Shown here one piece after another: positions 20,365 to 30,849 of a stretch of DNA of 64,000 bases. The position numbers and the translations under genes are program-made. The stretch comes from Barthelona sp. PCE. Its lineage: Eukaryota. The notes beneath the pieces are model-generated. The model made no database searches. It was not told where the DNA came from and saw only the letters and a list, made by a program, of their open reading frames with translations. How positions within the stretch are numbered: position 1 is the stretch's first letter; the number at the start of each line of letters is the position of its first letter. Where the stretch lies: positions 434,001 to 498,000 of the forward strand of contig JAUFOR010000008.1 in NCBI GenBank assembly GCA_040285745.1, in the 5' to 3' direction.

Positions 20365-20579
20365 GTCACCTATTGTTTGTAATAAGTGAAAAAAAGAAAA
20401 TTGAAAAAATCACAAATCTCTATTATTGCAGCATTTTTCACAGCTGTTACGGTGTTACATATGCATTTAAGGTTAAAAAGTATCAAGAGAGATCATAATA
20501 AGTCGGAAACAGATTCAAATTCTAAAAATCTCTTACTGGCTTCATCTTCAGTGATTTGAATAACAAAAATGAAGTGTGT

Positions 20580-20789
20580 TCATTGCAATTCAAATTCGAT
20601 AAAAAGAATGTGAAAGAGAAGCGTCAAGAAGGCAGCTGATACACCGTAGGGAGGAGGGTGATTTTCTTCCAGAGTCTCATCCATGTTAACGGGTAATAAA
20701 GGAAAGTAATCAGATTCTTTACAGAGATCTAAGTTCGGATATGGTGCCGCATACGGGCTACCTTCTTCAGAGTTTGGAAGTCCATACAT
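20580..20789 (-). CDS. putative small peptide with YPNL and PPPY motifs and a hydrophobic C-terminus
   Basis: 69-aa ORF overlapping inverted repeat B (right copy). Coding status is uncertain. Confidence 0.35.
   Translation of the reverse strand: MYGLPNSEEGSPYAAPYPNLDLCKESDYFPLLPVNMDETLEENHPPPYGVSAAFLTLLFHILFIEFELQ
20660..20764 (-). repeat. inverted repeat B, right copy
   Basis: Reverse complement aligns to 16112-16200, which carries several small deletions relative to this copy. Confidence 0.85.
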
Positions 20790-20800
20790 CTGAAAAATAG

Positions 20801-20845
20801 TAGTATTTCAATTACTAAATAATACAATAAAAAAAATAGGAAACC
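20801..20845 (+). repeat. direct repeat A, right copy
   Basis: See 16067-16111. Confidence 0.75.
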
Positions 20846-20943
20846 TTAAAATGGTGAAATACACCCGCATACGTTCTATTCCATTCTCTGTTCAAAATCA
20901 ATTACAGGATCTTCCTGATCAGGTCCAAGATAGTTTTTACAAT

Positions 20944-21714
20944 TTAAAATGCGTTTTGCTTTGCTCGAAAAGAATGAAAAGCTGCAAGATCATCGAGACG
21001 TTTTCTGTTAATATTCTGCTGAATAATCATATTTGCCTGACTTGCAATTGTTTCCAAATCACATACCAATCGACCTTCGTCATCCACACAATCAAGAAGA
21101 ATGTCAATAGCCGATTCAGGTAGACTGTTTACGCCCATATTGTGCAGATCTAGCAAGTGTGTTTTAATTGACATCTTCTTTAGGTTTGCATAAACTCTTT
21201 TTTGTCTTATGTTTTGTGCACGTGATTGACATTTCGGAGAACAGTATGGTGATCGACCTCTGGTCTTCTGTAATGTCTGCCAACATTCCATATTAGCACA
21301 AAAATAACCTCTTTTTACGCCCATATATTTCTTCTTCCTCTTCTTTATCTTTTTGGAAGGTTCCTTGTCATTTATCTGCGTGGATGTGCTCTGTAGAGAG
21401 ATATAATTTGATTTGGGAGATTCAAAAAGATAATTTTTTTCATTTTGTCTGGGTGTTGTCAAGGTTGGTAATTTCCTTCTGGTTAGACGTATGTTGATAC
21501 GCCTAACCTTGTTTTCTGTGTATGTAGGACACTTAACAGCTGTTTTTTCCTTTGCATGTACCATTGAATGTGTTTCAAAATTGGGAAGATCAACAAATGG
21601 TATAGGATCATGTTCTGAGATGTTTTCATCGCAGAACGGTATTTGTGGGAGATTTAGGGGGGTTGAACTAAGCCAAAAATGCCCAACATCGTTTTTAGGA
21701 AGAAAAGTTTGCAT
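20944..21714 (-). CDS. hypothetical nuclear protein with a C4-type zinc-finger-like motif
   Basis: Basic NLS-like KKIKKRKKK followed by CANMEC..RSPYCSPKCQSRAQNIRQ. Confidence 0.65.
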   Translation of the reverse strand: MQTFLPKNDVGHFWLSSTPLNLPQIPFCDENISEHDPIPFVDLPNFETHSMVHAKEKTAVKCPTYTENKVRRINIRLTRRKLPTLTTPRQNEKNYLFESPKSNYISLQSTSTQINDKEPSKKIKKRKKKYMGVKRGYFCANMECWQTLQKTRGRSPYCSPKCQSRAQNIRQKRVYANLKKMSIKTHLLDLHNMGVNSLPESAIDILLDCVDDEGRLVCDLETIASQANMIIQQNINRKRLDDLAAFHSFRAKQNAF

Positions 21715-22008
21715 TGTACATAAATATTAACACTTATAAGGTGTTCCCGTTGTTTAAAATAATAAATAAGCCCGAACGCAAAGGAAAAAAGAAGATTAAA
21801 GTTTTACAAGGGTTGTATACCAAATTTCAATGTAGCGAACTCTTTATTTTTCAAAATAAACAGCAATAATGGTGCGAATAAAGTCATTTACCCGTTAAAA
21901 AACTTCAGAAATGCGTATTCTGTTTACAAACCACAAAAAGGTTTTCACAAAGATGAAAATGTGGGTCATAATGCCCTGATTCTATATGGAACCGTGACCA
22001 ACACACCT

Positions 22009-22998
22009 TTACTCTGCATAATTAAAAGAAAGAGCTTCTTTAATAGTTTTTTGATAATTATCAACATCAATAGACAGAACATTGACACAATTCTTAGGTG
22101 CCTCGTGGTGGTAGGTTCTAAGGGAAGCCCCTCTAAATGGCCCTTCAGGTACTACAGCAAGATGAATGTGCTCAGACTCATAATCAGCAGCAAATAAGCC
22201 TAAAACAAATGTAGCGACAGAATCACACACGACAACACCGCCCAGGTCACCAATGTCACGACAGAAATTGACCAAATACTTCAAATACAAATCTGTACCT
22301 TTTCCGAATTCTGTTGACTTATCTAAAGACGATAACAAACTGCCAAACTCAAACTTACACTTTAAAGTTAACTCCCAAGAGCATAAAATTAATAAACAAA
22401 GAGTGTCAGCAGCTTTATCAAAAACAATATGAGCTGCACGAGGATCAACCGCAAAGTTATGTTCAGCAAAGTAGTTAATCATTGTTTCATTGCCGAGCAA
22501 CTCTGGAGAACCGCCCATAATGATTAGCTCCGCTAATTTGTGGAACAGATCATTATCGAGTTCATAGGCCAGAGCAACATTAGAAAGAGGTCCAACACTG
22601 ATCAAAGTAACATTATTATCTTTGTTAACGGTCTGTACAATGAATTCTGCACCACTTTCCTTCTCCCATTCAAATGTTGGAAACATAAATCCATTTGCTT
22701 CCCAATCTACGTCACCGAGTCCGTCTTTACCGTGAACAACTCCAGCAACGGGTTCGTAGTCACTGGGACACATGAAAGGTTGATGTGCTCCCTTGTACAC
22801 AGGAATATTTTCAGCATTGCAAATATTGAGAATTCTGTGAATATTAATGTCAACATTGTCGCGAATTGCATTTCCAAAGCAAGAGACAATACCCAAAAGT
22901 TCAATCTTCCCTTGTTTATGCCACATTAACAACAGTGTGAGTGCAACTGCATCATCGATGCCCAAGTCTGTGTCAAATATTACCTTTTTAACCGGCAT
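22009..22998 (-). CDS. inosine/uridine-preferring family nucleoside hydrolase
   Basis: DTDLGIDDA, VHGKDGLGD, VGPLSNVA, IMGGS, AEHNFAVDPRAA. ATG at 22998 (MPVKKVIFD). Confidence 0.95.
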   Translation of the reverse strand: MPVKKVIFDTDLGIDDAVALTLLLMWHKQGKIELLGIVSCFGNAIRDNVDINIHRILNICNAENIPVYKGAHQPFMCPSDYEPVAGVVHGKDGLGDVDWEANGFMFPTFEWEKESGAEFIVQTVNKDNNVTLISVGPLSNVALAYELDNDLFHKLAELIIMGGSPELLGNETMINYFAEHNFAVDPRAAHIVFDKAADTLCLLILCSWELTLKCKFEFGSLLSSLDKSTEFGKGTDLYLKYLVNFCRDIGDLGGVVVCDSVATFVLGLFAADYESEHIHLAVVPEGPFRGASLRTYHHEAPKNCVNVLSIDVDNYQKTIKEALSFNYAE

Positions 22999-23041
22999 AA
23001 TAAGGATAAAATGTCGAATACAAATATCTACCCATATCGCA

Positions 23042-25135
23042 ATGACTGCAGCACCTGACGTTGCGGGGCACAAGTTTAACGCCGAGGAAAAGACCCTGCA
23101 GGTCTTTAACTCCACGGATATTACTGATATAGGCAAAGTGAAGAATAATATCACAATTGCAATTGAAAATCGCGAAAAACAGCTCAAGAACGAGGTTTAT
23201 CGGAATAATAGTGTCTTTGTTGACGTATTTACTGAAGTTTCGGGCATAAGAAAGTCACTTTTTGAACTAGATCAACTAGTAGGTGGCATGATTTATCGTT
23301 TAGATGAAATGAATGAAGAAAACCTTCAATTATCTGGGAGCTACACCAAACACGAGGTTGATAATCAACTTTTATATTCTAAGCTTTATTCAAGTACTTT
23401 GAGTGAAAACAGTTTTTATAAAATCAACGTATTATTTTCAATGGGCGAGTACAAGGAGTCGGTTCTGCTGTTCAAAGAACGAGAACTGGATGATTTTCAA
23501 GATTTCCAAGAACTAATGGCTTTTAAGAAGGTGTTTTTAGAAAATTTTTTCGCCAACCTTAAAAGTGCTTTTGAAAACCAGAGAATGAATGAGGTCATGG
23601 TGCTTTGCGATTGCATAAGAACTTTGAATTATGATAAGCAGCTTATAAACGTGCTGATGGAGTATAAGCGTGCTCGAATTTTCAAGAAATTAAAGATACT
23701 TATTCCCAAAGGTGATTACTCAAAGTACATGATCACCTACGCGTCAACTGCGGTGGAAAACCTTATTGAAAGTTATGAATTCTTCAAAAAGATTTTTTCA
23801 GCACCTAAAGAAGAAAAAAATGCTGTTATTATAGAAACTGCATCAGATGATGGTATCCCAGAAGAGCTCATGGAGGTCGACATTGTCGATGAGGGTTTTG
23901 AGTACAGAAGCGAAGTACTTCTTTGGATCTTAGAGCAATTTGAAATTGTTTTCAATACGTTAAGACAGCAATTCCCTTCAGCACGTATAAATATGAAGCA
24001 AAAGTTCTCAAACCTCTCACAAAGCATTGTTCATCTTGAAACCGAATTTAAAAAGCTCAGTGTTGTAATAGGCATGGAGTTAGGTCATCATTTCCTCGAT
24101 CAGCTAATTGAGAGTGTTATGAAGTTTTTAACGGATTATTTCTCCCAATTCAGTCTCAATCTGTTACAACAAGACGATTGGGCTTCTTATTCTCAATCAT
24201 TAAAAGGAGATTTGTTACCCCTACTTTCTGAACGTTTCCCGGATCTTTTCACCGCAGACATTCGAATGTACGTGACACGTCTCGTTGTTTACGTGTACCA
24301 GTTCGTTGATGACGTGTTGAACGGGCTTACAAATTTCCCTGTGCCGGAACTGAGTACTTTTATAAAACAGAAGTTTGTTAATCTGTTTACCACAATATAC
24401 GACCGCTTTGAATCACAGTCACCAAGTCTGTCTGGCATCCAGCGCTCTGGAATGCTGATGAGCCTTCGCTTAATTAACAGTAGTGTTTTCAATGTAACAT
24501 CAACATTGTATACCATCATTTTTCATATCCCACACGTTAAGAAACATACAATCTTTGACTCCATCAGGAAGAAGGGTAATGTATTGCATGAATCTGTGTA
24601 CAATGCAAATGTTAATTGGTTCTGTAATGAGTTACTACGTTTGTTTGCTTTTGATCATGTGGATTACAAACAGCAAAGTAGACCTGTAACTCTGGACAAT
24701 GTCAGAATTAGTTCAACTGTTGAGAAGTTCATCATGAGTATTGCCAAATTCATTAGTGATATGAGGTATCAGGCATCCAATATTAAGGAGTTTTTTGAAA
24801 CTGTATTGACAAAGTTTTTCACTGAAATGAATGAATTAACACAAAACAGGTGGATCAATGAGCTAGTTGGTAATTTTGGTCTTCAAAGGCTCAATATCGA
24901 TTTACTAGTTGTGGATTTTATGCTTAAACCTTTGTTTAACACCAAGATCGAACAGCTTCTGCAGCGTATTATTGTTGTGAGTGAGTTTTTCTGGTGTCAA
25001 CAGAATGAGATTGCTATAGAAGTTGGTTCACAGAAATATTCCAACTCTGAACTCAACAAATGTGTATTAGCCAACGTACACCGTATCAGAAACAACTACC
25101 ATTACTGTGATGAGCCTATTATTGATATTAAATGA
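23042..25135 (+). CDS. EXOC8: exocyst component Exo84 (Vps51/Exo84 N-terminal domain)
   Basis: LKNEVYRNNSVFV (Vps51-type domain), EYRSEVLLWI, FGLQRLNIDL. ATG at 23042. Confidence 0.7.
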   Translation: MTAAPDVAGHKFNAEEKTLQVFNSTDITDIGKVKNNITIAIENREKQLKNEVYRNNSVFVDVFTEVSGIRKSLFELDQLVGGMIYRLDEMNEENLQLSGSYTKHEVDNQLLYSKLYSSTLSENSFYKINVLFSMGEYKESVLLFKERELDDFQDFQELMAFKKVFLENFFANLKSAFENQRMNEVMVLCDCIRTLNYDKQLINVLMEYKRARIFKKLKILIPKGDYSKYMITYASTAVENLIESYEFFKKIFSAPKEEKNAVIIETASDDGIPEELMEVDIVDEGFEYRSEVLLWILEQFEIVFNTLRQQFPSARINMKQKFSNLSQSIVHLETEFKKLSVVIGMELGHHFLDQLIESVMKFLTDYFSQFSLNLLQQDDWASYSQSLKGDLLPLLSERFPDLFTADIRMYVTRLVVYVYQFVDDVLNGLTNFPVPELSTFIKQKFVNLFTTIYDRFESQSPSLSGIQRSGMLMSLRLINSSVFNVTSTLYTIIFHIPHVKKHTIFDSIRKKGNVLHESVYNANVNWFCNELLRLFAFDHVDYKQQSRPVTLDNVRISSTVEKFIMSIAKFISDMRYQASNIKEFFETVLTKFFTEMNELTQNRWINELVGNFGLQRLNIDLLVVDFMLKPLFNTKIEQLLQRIIVVSEFFWCQQNEIAIEVGSQKYSNSELNKCVLANVHRIRNNYHYCDEPIIDIK

Positions 25136-25136
25136 T

Positions 25137-28100
25137 TTACAAATCTAAGAATGTAAGCAGTTCAAGATAGCAACCGCTGCTCCACGCCTGTGAAACACAT
25201 GATCCTGCACAGTGTGAACCGTCGCCCTGCAGCAATTCAGGGAGACCACGCATTGGGTTCTCTTCCAGCATCTCTTTTGCTCGTGCCAGTAATTCACTTG
25301 CACAGTTTTGGTATCCACTAACGTTGAACTGACATTCAGCCATTGCATGGAAGGGAGCAGGCCATAACCAAGCAGGCCCGTTGTGATAGTTGAAACCACC
25401 GCTTGTGTAGTACTCGTTTGTCTCACCATGGTGATAAAAATCATTGTGAGCCTGATCTATGGGGTCAAGCGTCTTAATACCAGGCATTCCAGGGTACAGT
25501 AACAGTTCTCTAGCTCTTAGAAGATGTGAATGAGCATGTGATTTCTTGAACAACCAGGGGGCCGTTGTCATTGCAACAGCTACGTTACAACGTAATCGAT
25601 ATTCTTCATACTTGTTCTCAGCACATGCAACGTCCTTATAGATTCCACGGTGTTGAATAAACTTAATATCAATGTCATACGCACTATCCAGTTTTTCATC
25701 AATGGGTATGTAGAAGAGTTTGTCAAAGTTACGTGTCATCTCAGTATCCCACTTAGTCAGATCAAAAGTGGTGGGAGAAGTGATCCATTCCTTTGCCACT
25801 GCAACCTTGAGCCAACGAACTGTACACGCGCACATTGCTGCAATCTCGACAGGAATACCAGCACGTGAGGTAGCGGGAATACCTCTGTTGTGACTCTCTG
25901 CACTCTCACCCATCTTGTCCATCCAAGTACCACAGTTATAAACGTTACCACCACAAGGGAAGCCAGAAATAAGACGACTGTTGACGTGGAATCCTTCAGA
26001 TTGCATTCTGTCATCCAGCTGAGGTCCTGCATTTTCTTCTGTGAACGCAAAACCGTTTCTGTGTTTCTCAAGAATATTATAAATGTTCATGAAGAGGGGA
26101 CGACCGTTAACATATTCATGAAGGATGTCTGAATCTCCTGTTGCGTCAATGTACAGGAACAGTGAACGGAGATACCACCAAACAGCGTCACGCGCGTTGT
26201 ACCGGGAGTTCTCACCTTGATTGACCAAATTAGGTAATAATCCATGTTTCTCAAGCAGCATAAAGTCAAGCAAAATTGCTCTAGCCTCCTTCATGAAGCC
26301 TGGAGCAATGCAAAGACCAGGAAGTGCAAGGAACGTGTCTCTACCCCAGGAACGCGTCCAACCAGATGAGAAATGAGGTAAACCGGCAGCCATTGATGAT
26401 GCATTGTTGCCGTAAGAAACAAATGGTATGTGAGGTGTTGTGAGCTGAGGAGCTGTTAGTGCAAGATCCTTTCTAAAAGACCAATACACCTTCTTTTCAA
26501 CAGCAACACGCTCTTCCTCGGGAATTTCCTCAATTTCGGGGTCAAAACCGCAACAAAGGAGTTTAGAAGCGTAGCGCTCCAGGAGATTTTCATAGAGAAA
26601 ATCAACAACCTTGAAGAAATATTTAGGGAGAAGGAAACTAGGAATCTTAGCCAATTCACCGCGTAACCATTTCAATCCAGGATGTTCTTCTTGGAAAACA
26701 TTCTGCAAATGACCAAACAAGTAGTCGACTGCCCAAAATCCTCTCATCAAATTATTTCTCAACGCTTCGTCATCCTTAGCAAGTATGAAACCACCAAGCC
26801 CCTTGAACTGCATAGAACTGTCATCCAATCCGAAAGTCTCAACTTCTGACTTGAAGCCCCAAAAGATGTCATATGCCATACTTAGCGTAATGTCCTTGTT
26901 CAACTCAAAGTCCAAATCATTGAAATGATGGATTGGAACATGAACCTCACTCTCAACAATAAGCACGGAGCCAGCATTGAACATGGGAACAGAGTTGATA
27001 TCAACAACGGAGTAACAATCACGTTTACCACTGTGAGGGGTTTCAAGCCTGTGCTTGAGCTTAAAGTCGTCATCATCGGTCATAAGATGAAGGTCAACAA
27101 CATATCCACTTAATGTCTCATCTGATTCGGCGACACAGAATTCAACATCGCGTTCCGGTGTAACGTAAAACTTGACATCAGTAACCTGACCTGCAATATT
27201 AATGGAATCAGGGAACAGAGCATGTGAATTATTATGACCCTCAACAAACTCCAAGCATGCAATGAGGGTGATAAACTTGCCATTATTCGGGTTGAAACGC
27301 TCAACAACAAGACAGTTATGCTCACATTTGACGTTCATCTCGGGATAATCAAGCAAGACGTCACGTAACTCGTTAAAGCGACCACGAGCGTGATGCATAT
27401 CAGTGATAATGTCCCAATACGAGCGAGACTCCTTGACTACGCAGATTCTCTCGGGATATAAATCGTCCACACCGCGTGTTGTACCAATAGCACCATTGGA
27501 GAAGGTTAGAACAGAAAGTACTGCAGGAATACTGTTGACTGTAAATATGTCTGTGATCGGTTCATTATCGTGCGACTGGTCGTAAAGCATGTGGGGAAGA
27601 CCACCGCACTTACCAGTTATGGATCCAACAGGAACGAACCCTGTGCTCTTCACAAAGCCAGCTATGCTCTCCATGTTCTTGCAGTGGATTAGCTCACGAA
27701 CAAGGGCGTTATAGCCGCAACGTAGAGTCATGTCGATATCTTTATGGTAGTCGTTGGTGAACAGCTCGGCGAATACAAATAGATCGGGATTGATCTCACG
27801 TGCAGTGTCCAACAATGTCACAGAAACATGTGCCGGTGTGGAATGTGCGTTATCCATACGGAAACCATCAAATACCGAAGCACAACGCTGGATATAATTA
27901 TTAAAATAGTTCCAAATGAAGTCATCGCTTTCGTCGTCGTCATTGGGACCAAGGAAACGAAGCTTGACACAATCACCCCAAGCGATGAGTTCACGACGAA
28001 CCAGAACACGACTCGTCTTTGTAGTGAAATCACCACCGTGATATGACCAACCGTTATTAAGGAATGCAACACTACTACCGTTAACATTAATCCTGCTAAA

Positions 28101-29429
28101 GTACAAGTCCACAAAGCAATTATCTCTGCCAAGAGGACGACGCACAAGAGGACCATTCGAATCAAGGAACTTCCAGCGTGCCTGGCCCTTGAGGTTATTA
28201 CAAATGCTCTCCAAATCATCATCATACTTGCGATAGTACTGCAGATTGTACAGGTCTAGCGCCTCCTTGAACGTCTTCAATATCATATCAATGTTGGATA
28301 CACCGTTATTACTTGTCAGCGACTTAACTAGGTCCAGAAGACCAGACGGGTCGAGTGCGATTCCGTGACGGCCGTGATGCATGCGCATGATGCTAGTTGA
28401 TTCAAGATGTTGCAGTAATGTTTGGCTCGAAATCTCTAAATACTCGGAATAACGAGAGCGCAGTTGGAGAAGAACACGGTGGATGATATCAAGGGCTCTG
28501 TTGACATCAATGACATAAAATTCCCACATTTGACAACGCTGCAGTGCTTCTTTGATAGAATTAGTTATCATATCCAAATCTTCCTCAGTTCTGACAATCT
28601 TACCTTCAAATTCACCCCAAACAGCATCGCGGTCAACGTTAAATTCAACACTTTCATAATCTACGCTTGTTTTTACGAAATCAATTGGTACTTTTACCAA
28701 ACCATCACCAGAAATTCGTGCAATGACTTCATCAACAACAAACGCCAGCTCAAGATGAGGTGAGTTGAAGAGAGTATAACCACAATCAGGGTTTTCATAA
28801 AAGATGGCTGCAGTAGGAGCTAAATGATTGAGTACAATATCTTGATAGACACGTACACCCTTCTCGTGTGCCTTCTTGACAAATTGCTTTAGGTAGAACC
28901 AGTCCTTTGTGTCATTGGGAACAGTAAGAGGATCCTCGATTGAATAACTTGAATTCGAATGCCCTAGAACTTGAGCAGGTGTTAAATGAATGGCATTATA
29001 CTTGGTGATATCAAGACGATCTAGCTGCTCGTTCCACTGCCCATTGGATATATCTCCAAGCAACTTTGTAATCCAAGTCTCACATGATATACTTGAGTAA
29101 GAATAGGGACTGATAACTAGACCAAAGACAGGAGAAGAAAGCTCCTCGTCACGTAGAGTGTACGTGAGATAGTACTGAACAGGTCCTGCAATGTTTGTCT
29201 TTAAATCTACAACAAGATTGCTGTCTACAATTGTAGATTGTAGCTCGATTGGTCGAGTTCCTGACTCAACTATGTTGTACTCGTAACACTTAGCCCGTAG
29301 AGCCGGAAGCCCCATGCTTTGAAAGACAATTTGAACCTTTTCACCCTTCACAATGTTGTGAAGGCATGAAGGGAGATAATTCTCAGGCTTCGTCGTTACC
29401 TCACTAAACTTGTGTTTAATAATGTTCAT
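25137..29429 (-). CDS. AGL: glycogen debranching enzyme (4-alpha-glucanotransferase + amylo-1,6-glucosidase)
   Basis: RRELIAWGDCVKLRF, GFRMDNAHSTP, AELFT, SHDN, AAGLPHFS, WGRDTF, GTWMDKMG, NYHNGPAW, GLPEL, QAWS. ATG at 29429 preferred. Confidence 0.96.
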   Translation of the reverse strand: MNIIKHKFSEVTTKPENYLPSCLHNIVKGEKVQIVFQSMGLPALRAKCYEYNIVESGTRPIELQSTIVDSNLVVDLKTNIAGPVQYYLTYTLRDEELSSPVFGLVISPYSYSSISCETWITKLLGDISNGQWNEQLDRLDITKYNAIHLTPAQVLGHSNSSYSIEDPLTVPNDTKDWFYLKQFVKKAHEKGVRVYQDIVLNHLAPTAAIFYENPDCGYTLFNSPHLELAFVVDEVIARISGDGLVKVPIDFVKTSVDYESVEFNVDRDAVWGEFEGKIVRTEEDLDMITNSIKEALQRCQMWEFYVIDVNRALDIIHRVLLQLRSRYSEYLEISSQTLLQHLESTSIMRMHHGRHGIALDPSGLLDLVKSLTSNNGVSNIDMILKTFKEALDLYNLQYYRKYDDDLESICNNLKGQARWKFLDSNGPLVRRPLGRDNCFVDLYFSRINVNGSSVAFLNNGWSYHGGDFTTKTSRVLVRRELIAWGDCVKLRFLGPNDDDESDDFIWNYFNNYIQRCASVFDGFRMDNAHSTPAHVSVTLLDTAREINPDLFVFAELFTNDYHKDIDMTLRCGYNALVRELIHCKNMESIAGFVKSTGFVPVGSITGKCGGLPHMLYDQSHDNEPITDIFTVNSIPAVLSVLTFSNGAIGTTRGVDDLYPERICVVKESRSYWDIITDMHHARGRFNELRDVLLDYPEMNVKCEHNCLVVERFNPNNGKFITLIACLEFVEGHNNSHALFPDSINIAGQVTDVKFYVTPERDVEFCVAESDETLSGYVVDLHLMTDDDDFKLKHRLETPHSGKRDCYSVVDINSVPMFNAGSVLIVESEVHVPIHHFNDLDFELNKDITLSMAYDIFWGFKSEVETFGLDDSSMQFKGLGGFILAKDDEALRNNLMRGFWAVDYLFGHLQNVFQEEHPGLKWLRGELAKIPSFLLPKYFFKVVDFLYENLLERYASKLLCCGFDPEIEEIPEEERVAVEKKVYWSFRKDLALTAPQLTTPHIPFVSYGNNASSMAAGLPHFSSGWTRSWGRDTFLALPGLCIAPGFMKEARAILLDFMLLEKHGLLPNLVNQGENSRYNARDAVWWYLRSLFLYIDATGDSDILHEYVNGRPLFMNIYNILEKHRNGFAFTEENAGPQLDDRMQSEGFHVNSRLISGFPCGGNVYNCGTWMDKMGESAESHNRGIPATSRAGIPVEIAAMCACTVRWLKVAVAKEWITSPTTFDLTKWDTEMTRNFDKLFYIPIDEKLDSAYDIDIKFIQHRGIYKDVACAENKYEEYRLRCNVAVAMTTAPWLFKKSHAHSHLLRARELLLYPGMPGIKTLDPIDQAHNDFYHHGETNEYYTSGGFNYHNGPAWLWPAPFHAMAECQFNVSGYQNCASELLARAKEMLEENPMRGLPELLQGDGSHCAGSCVSQAWSSGCYLELLTFLDL

Positions 29430-29631
29430 TGCGCAACACAAAAGTTGAAGAGAAGGAAGGAAAAGGAAAAACAACAGTATTACCAACAATTCATATTCTG
29501 ACTGCATAAATCGACCATATCTTGTTGGTACAGTGATTTCATCAGGATAAATAATATAGAATACAAACTCACCTTGTATGATGCTAACCTGCTTGTTTTC
29601 AGTTTTACTTCCATTTTATTCTCATACATAG

Positions 29632-30828
29632 ATGACCTGGAACAACATACGATTTAATCAGGATCATTCCTTGCTTGTAGGGTGCACAAACGCGCAAGTC
29701 ATAATTTTTCAGGTATTTCCCTTGCAGAAACTCATTTCCCTTGACTATAAGAATGTTATTTTCGCAGAGTTAGTCTATAATTCATCTTTATTAGTTCTTG
29801 TGACTGGAGATTCGAACAATGCGGAAAGCACACACCACATCATCCTGTATCATATTAGAAACAAAACAGTACTGCACAAGTTCTCTCTTGATAACGAGGT
29901 TAAAGATATTAGAGCTAATACAACACATTTGTTGGTTTATAGCGAAAGTCAACTCATAATATTCCCTTTCCGCTCACTTCCTCATGGTGAAATCATCGTC
30001 CCCATCGATCCCGACTCAAACCCGAACCTTATTCATCTTTCTCCTAACTCCACTAACAATTTTGTTTCATATCAAAAAGAAAATTGTCAGTTGGGTGAAT
30101 TATCTTTACTGAATATTGGTTCCAGACATACAGACACATTCAAACCGCACAAAAATGAACTTATGATGAGTGTGTTCTCACATGATGGTAATCGTATCGC
30201 AACTGCATCAGAGCAAGGAACTTTGGTAAGGATTTTTGACAGCAAATCACATGATCTTTTGCATACTTTCAGAAGAGGTCTGAGTAACAGTACGATTTAT
30301 GGTCTTTCATTCAGTCCTGATGGTTCAAAAGTTGCAGCAATTTCAGAAAGTGGAAAAATTCATATCTTTGAATTATTCGATGATGAAAATATTGAAACTA
30401 GTGTTGCTAGGGCTACATATACTGCTGTTTTAGATGAAGAGGTTGATTCAGCATCTGCTGTAGTTTTTAGTCCAAGTGGAGCTGAAATAGCATGCTTAGT
30501 AAGAAATAAGATTACTGTTTTTAGATTATTAAAGGGTACAAATGCGGATGTGTTACTTGAGCAGACTCTTATGATTGAAGCAACACCTCAAGAAAGAAGT
30601 GAAGAAAAGAGTGAAGCACCATCACCATCACCAGAGTTAATAGAATTACCAACAACCAACAAACCTAAAGTCAATCATGAAAGAAAGATTGTTCCGGAGC
30701 AAACACCTTTAAATACACCTACACCGTTGGAAAGTAGTACAGGAAGTGAAGGTTCTGAACCAGCTGTTGCCTTTAAACCAAGACATAACAACAATCGTAG
30801 AAAGGGTGGTAAAAAACGTAATAGATGA
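29632..30828 (+). CDS. ATG18: PROPPIN-family WD40 autophagy protein (Atg18/WIPI)
   Basis: FNQD, RIATASEQGTLVRIF, lipid-binding FRRG motif, LSFSPDG, GKIHIF. Confidence 0.92.
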   Translation: MTWNNIRFNQDHSLLVGCTNAQVIIFQVFPLQKLISLDYKNVIFAELVYNSSLLVLVTGDSNNAESTHHIILYHIRNKTVLHKFSLDNEVKDIRANTTHLLVYSESQLIIFPFRSLPHGEIIVPIDPDSNPNLIHLSPNSTNNFVSYQKENCQLGELSLLNIGSRHTDTFKPHKNELMMSVFSHDGNRIATASEQGTLVRIFDSKSHDLLHTFRRGLSNSTIYGLSFSPDGSKVAAISESGKIHIFELFDDENIETSVARATYTAVLDEEVDSASAVVFSPSGAEIACLVRNKITVFRLLKGTNADVLLEQTLMIEATPQERSEEKSEAPSPSPELIELPTTNKPKVNHERKIVPEQTPLNTPTPLESSTGSEGSEPAVAFKPRHNNNRRKGGKKRNR

Positions 30829-30849
30829 TGTAAATAGTTCTACTCTTTA

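Noticed and set aside
22847-23187. Apparent overlap of the nucleoside hydrolase and Exo84 ORFs
   Set aside because: Artefact of upstream start choice; ATGs at 22998 and 23042 give non-overlapping genes.
15150-29429. AMPK-beta and glycogen debranching enzyme as a glycogen gene cluster
   Set aside because: Separated by unrelated genes; no evidence of functional clustering.
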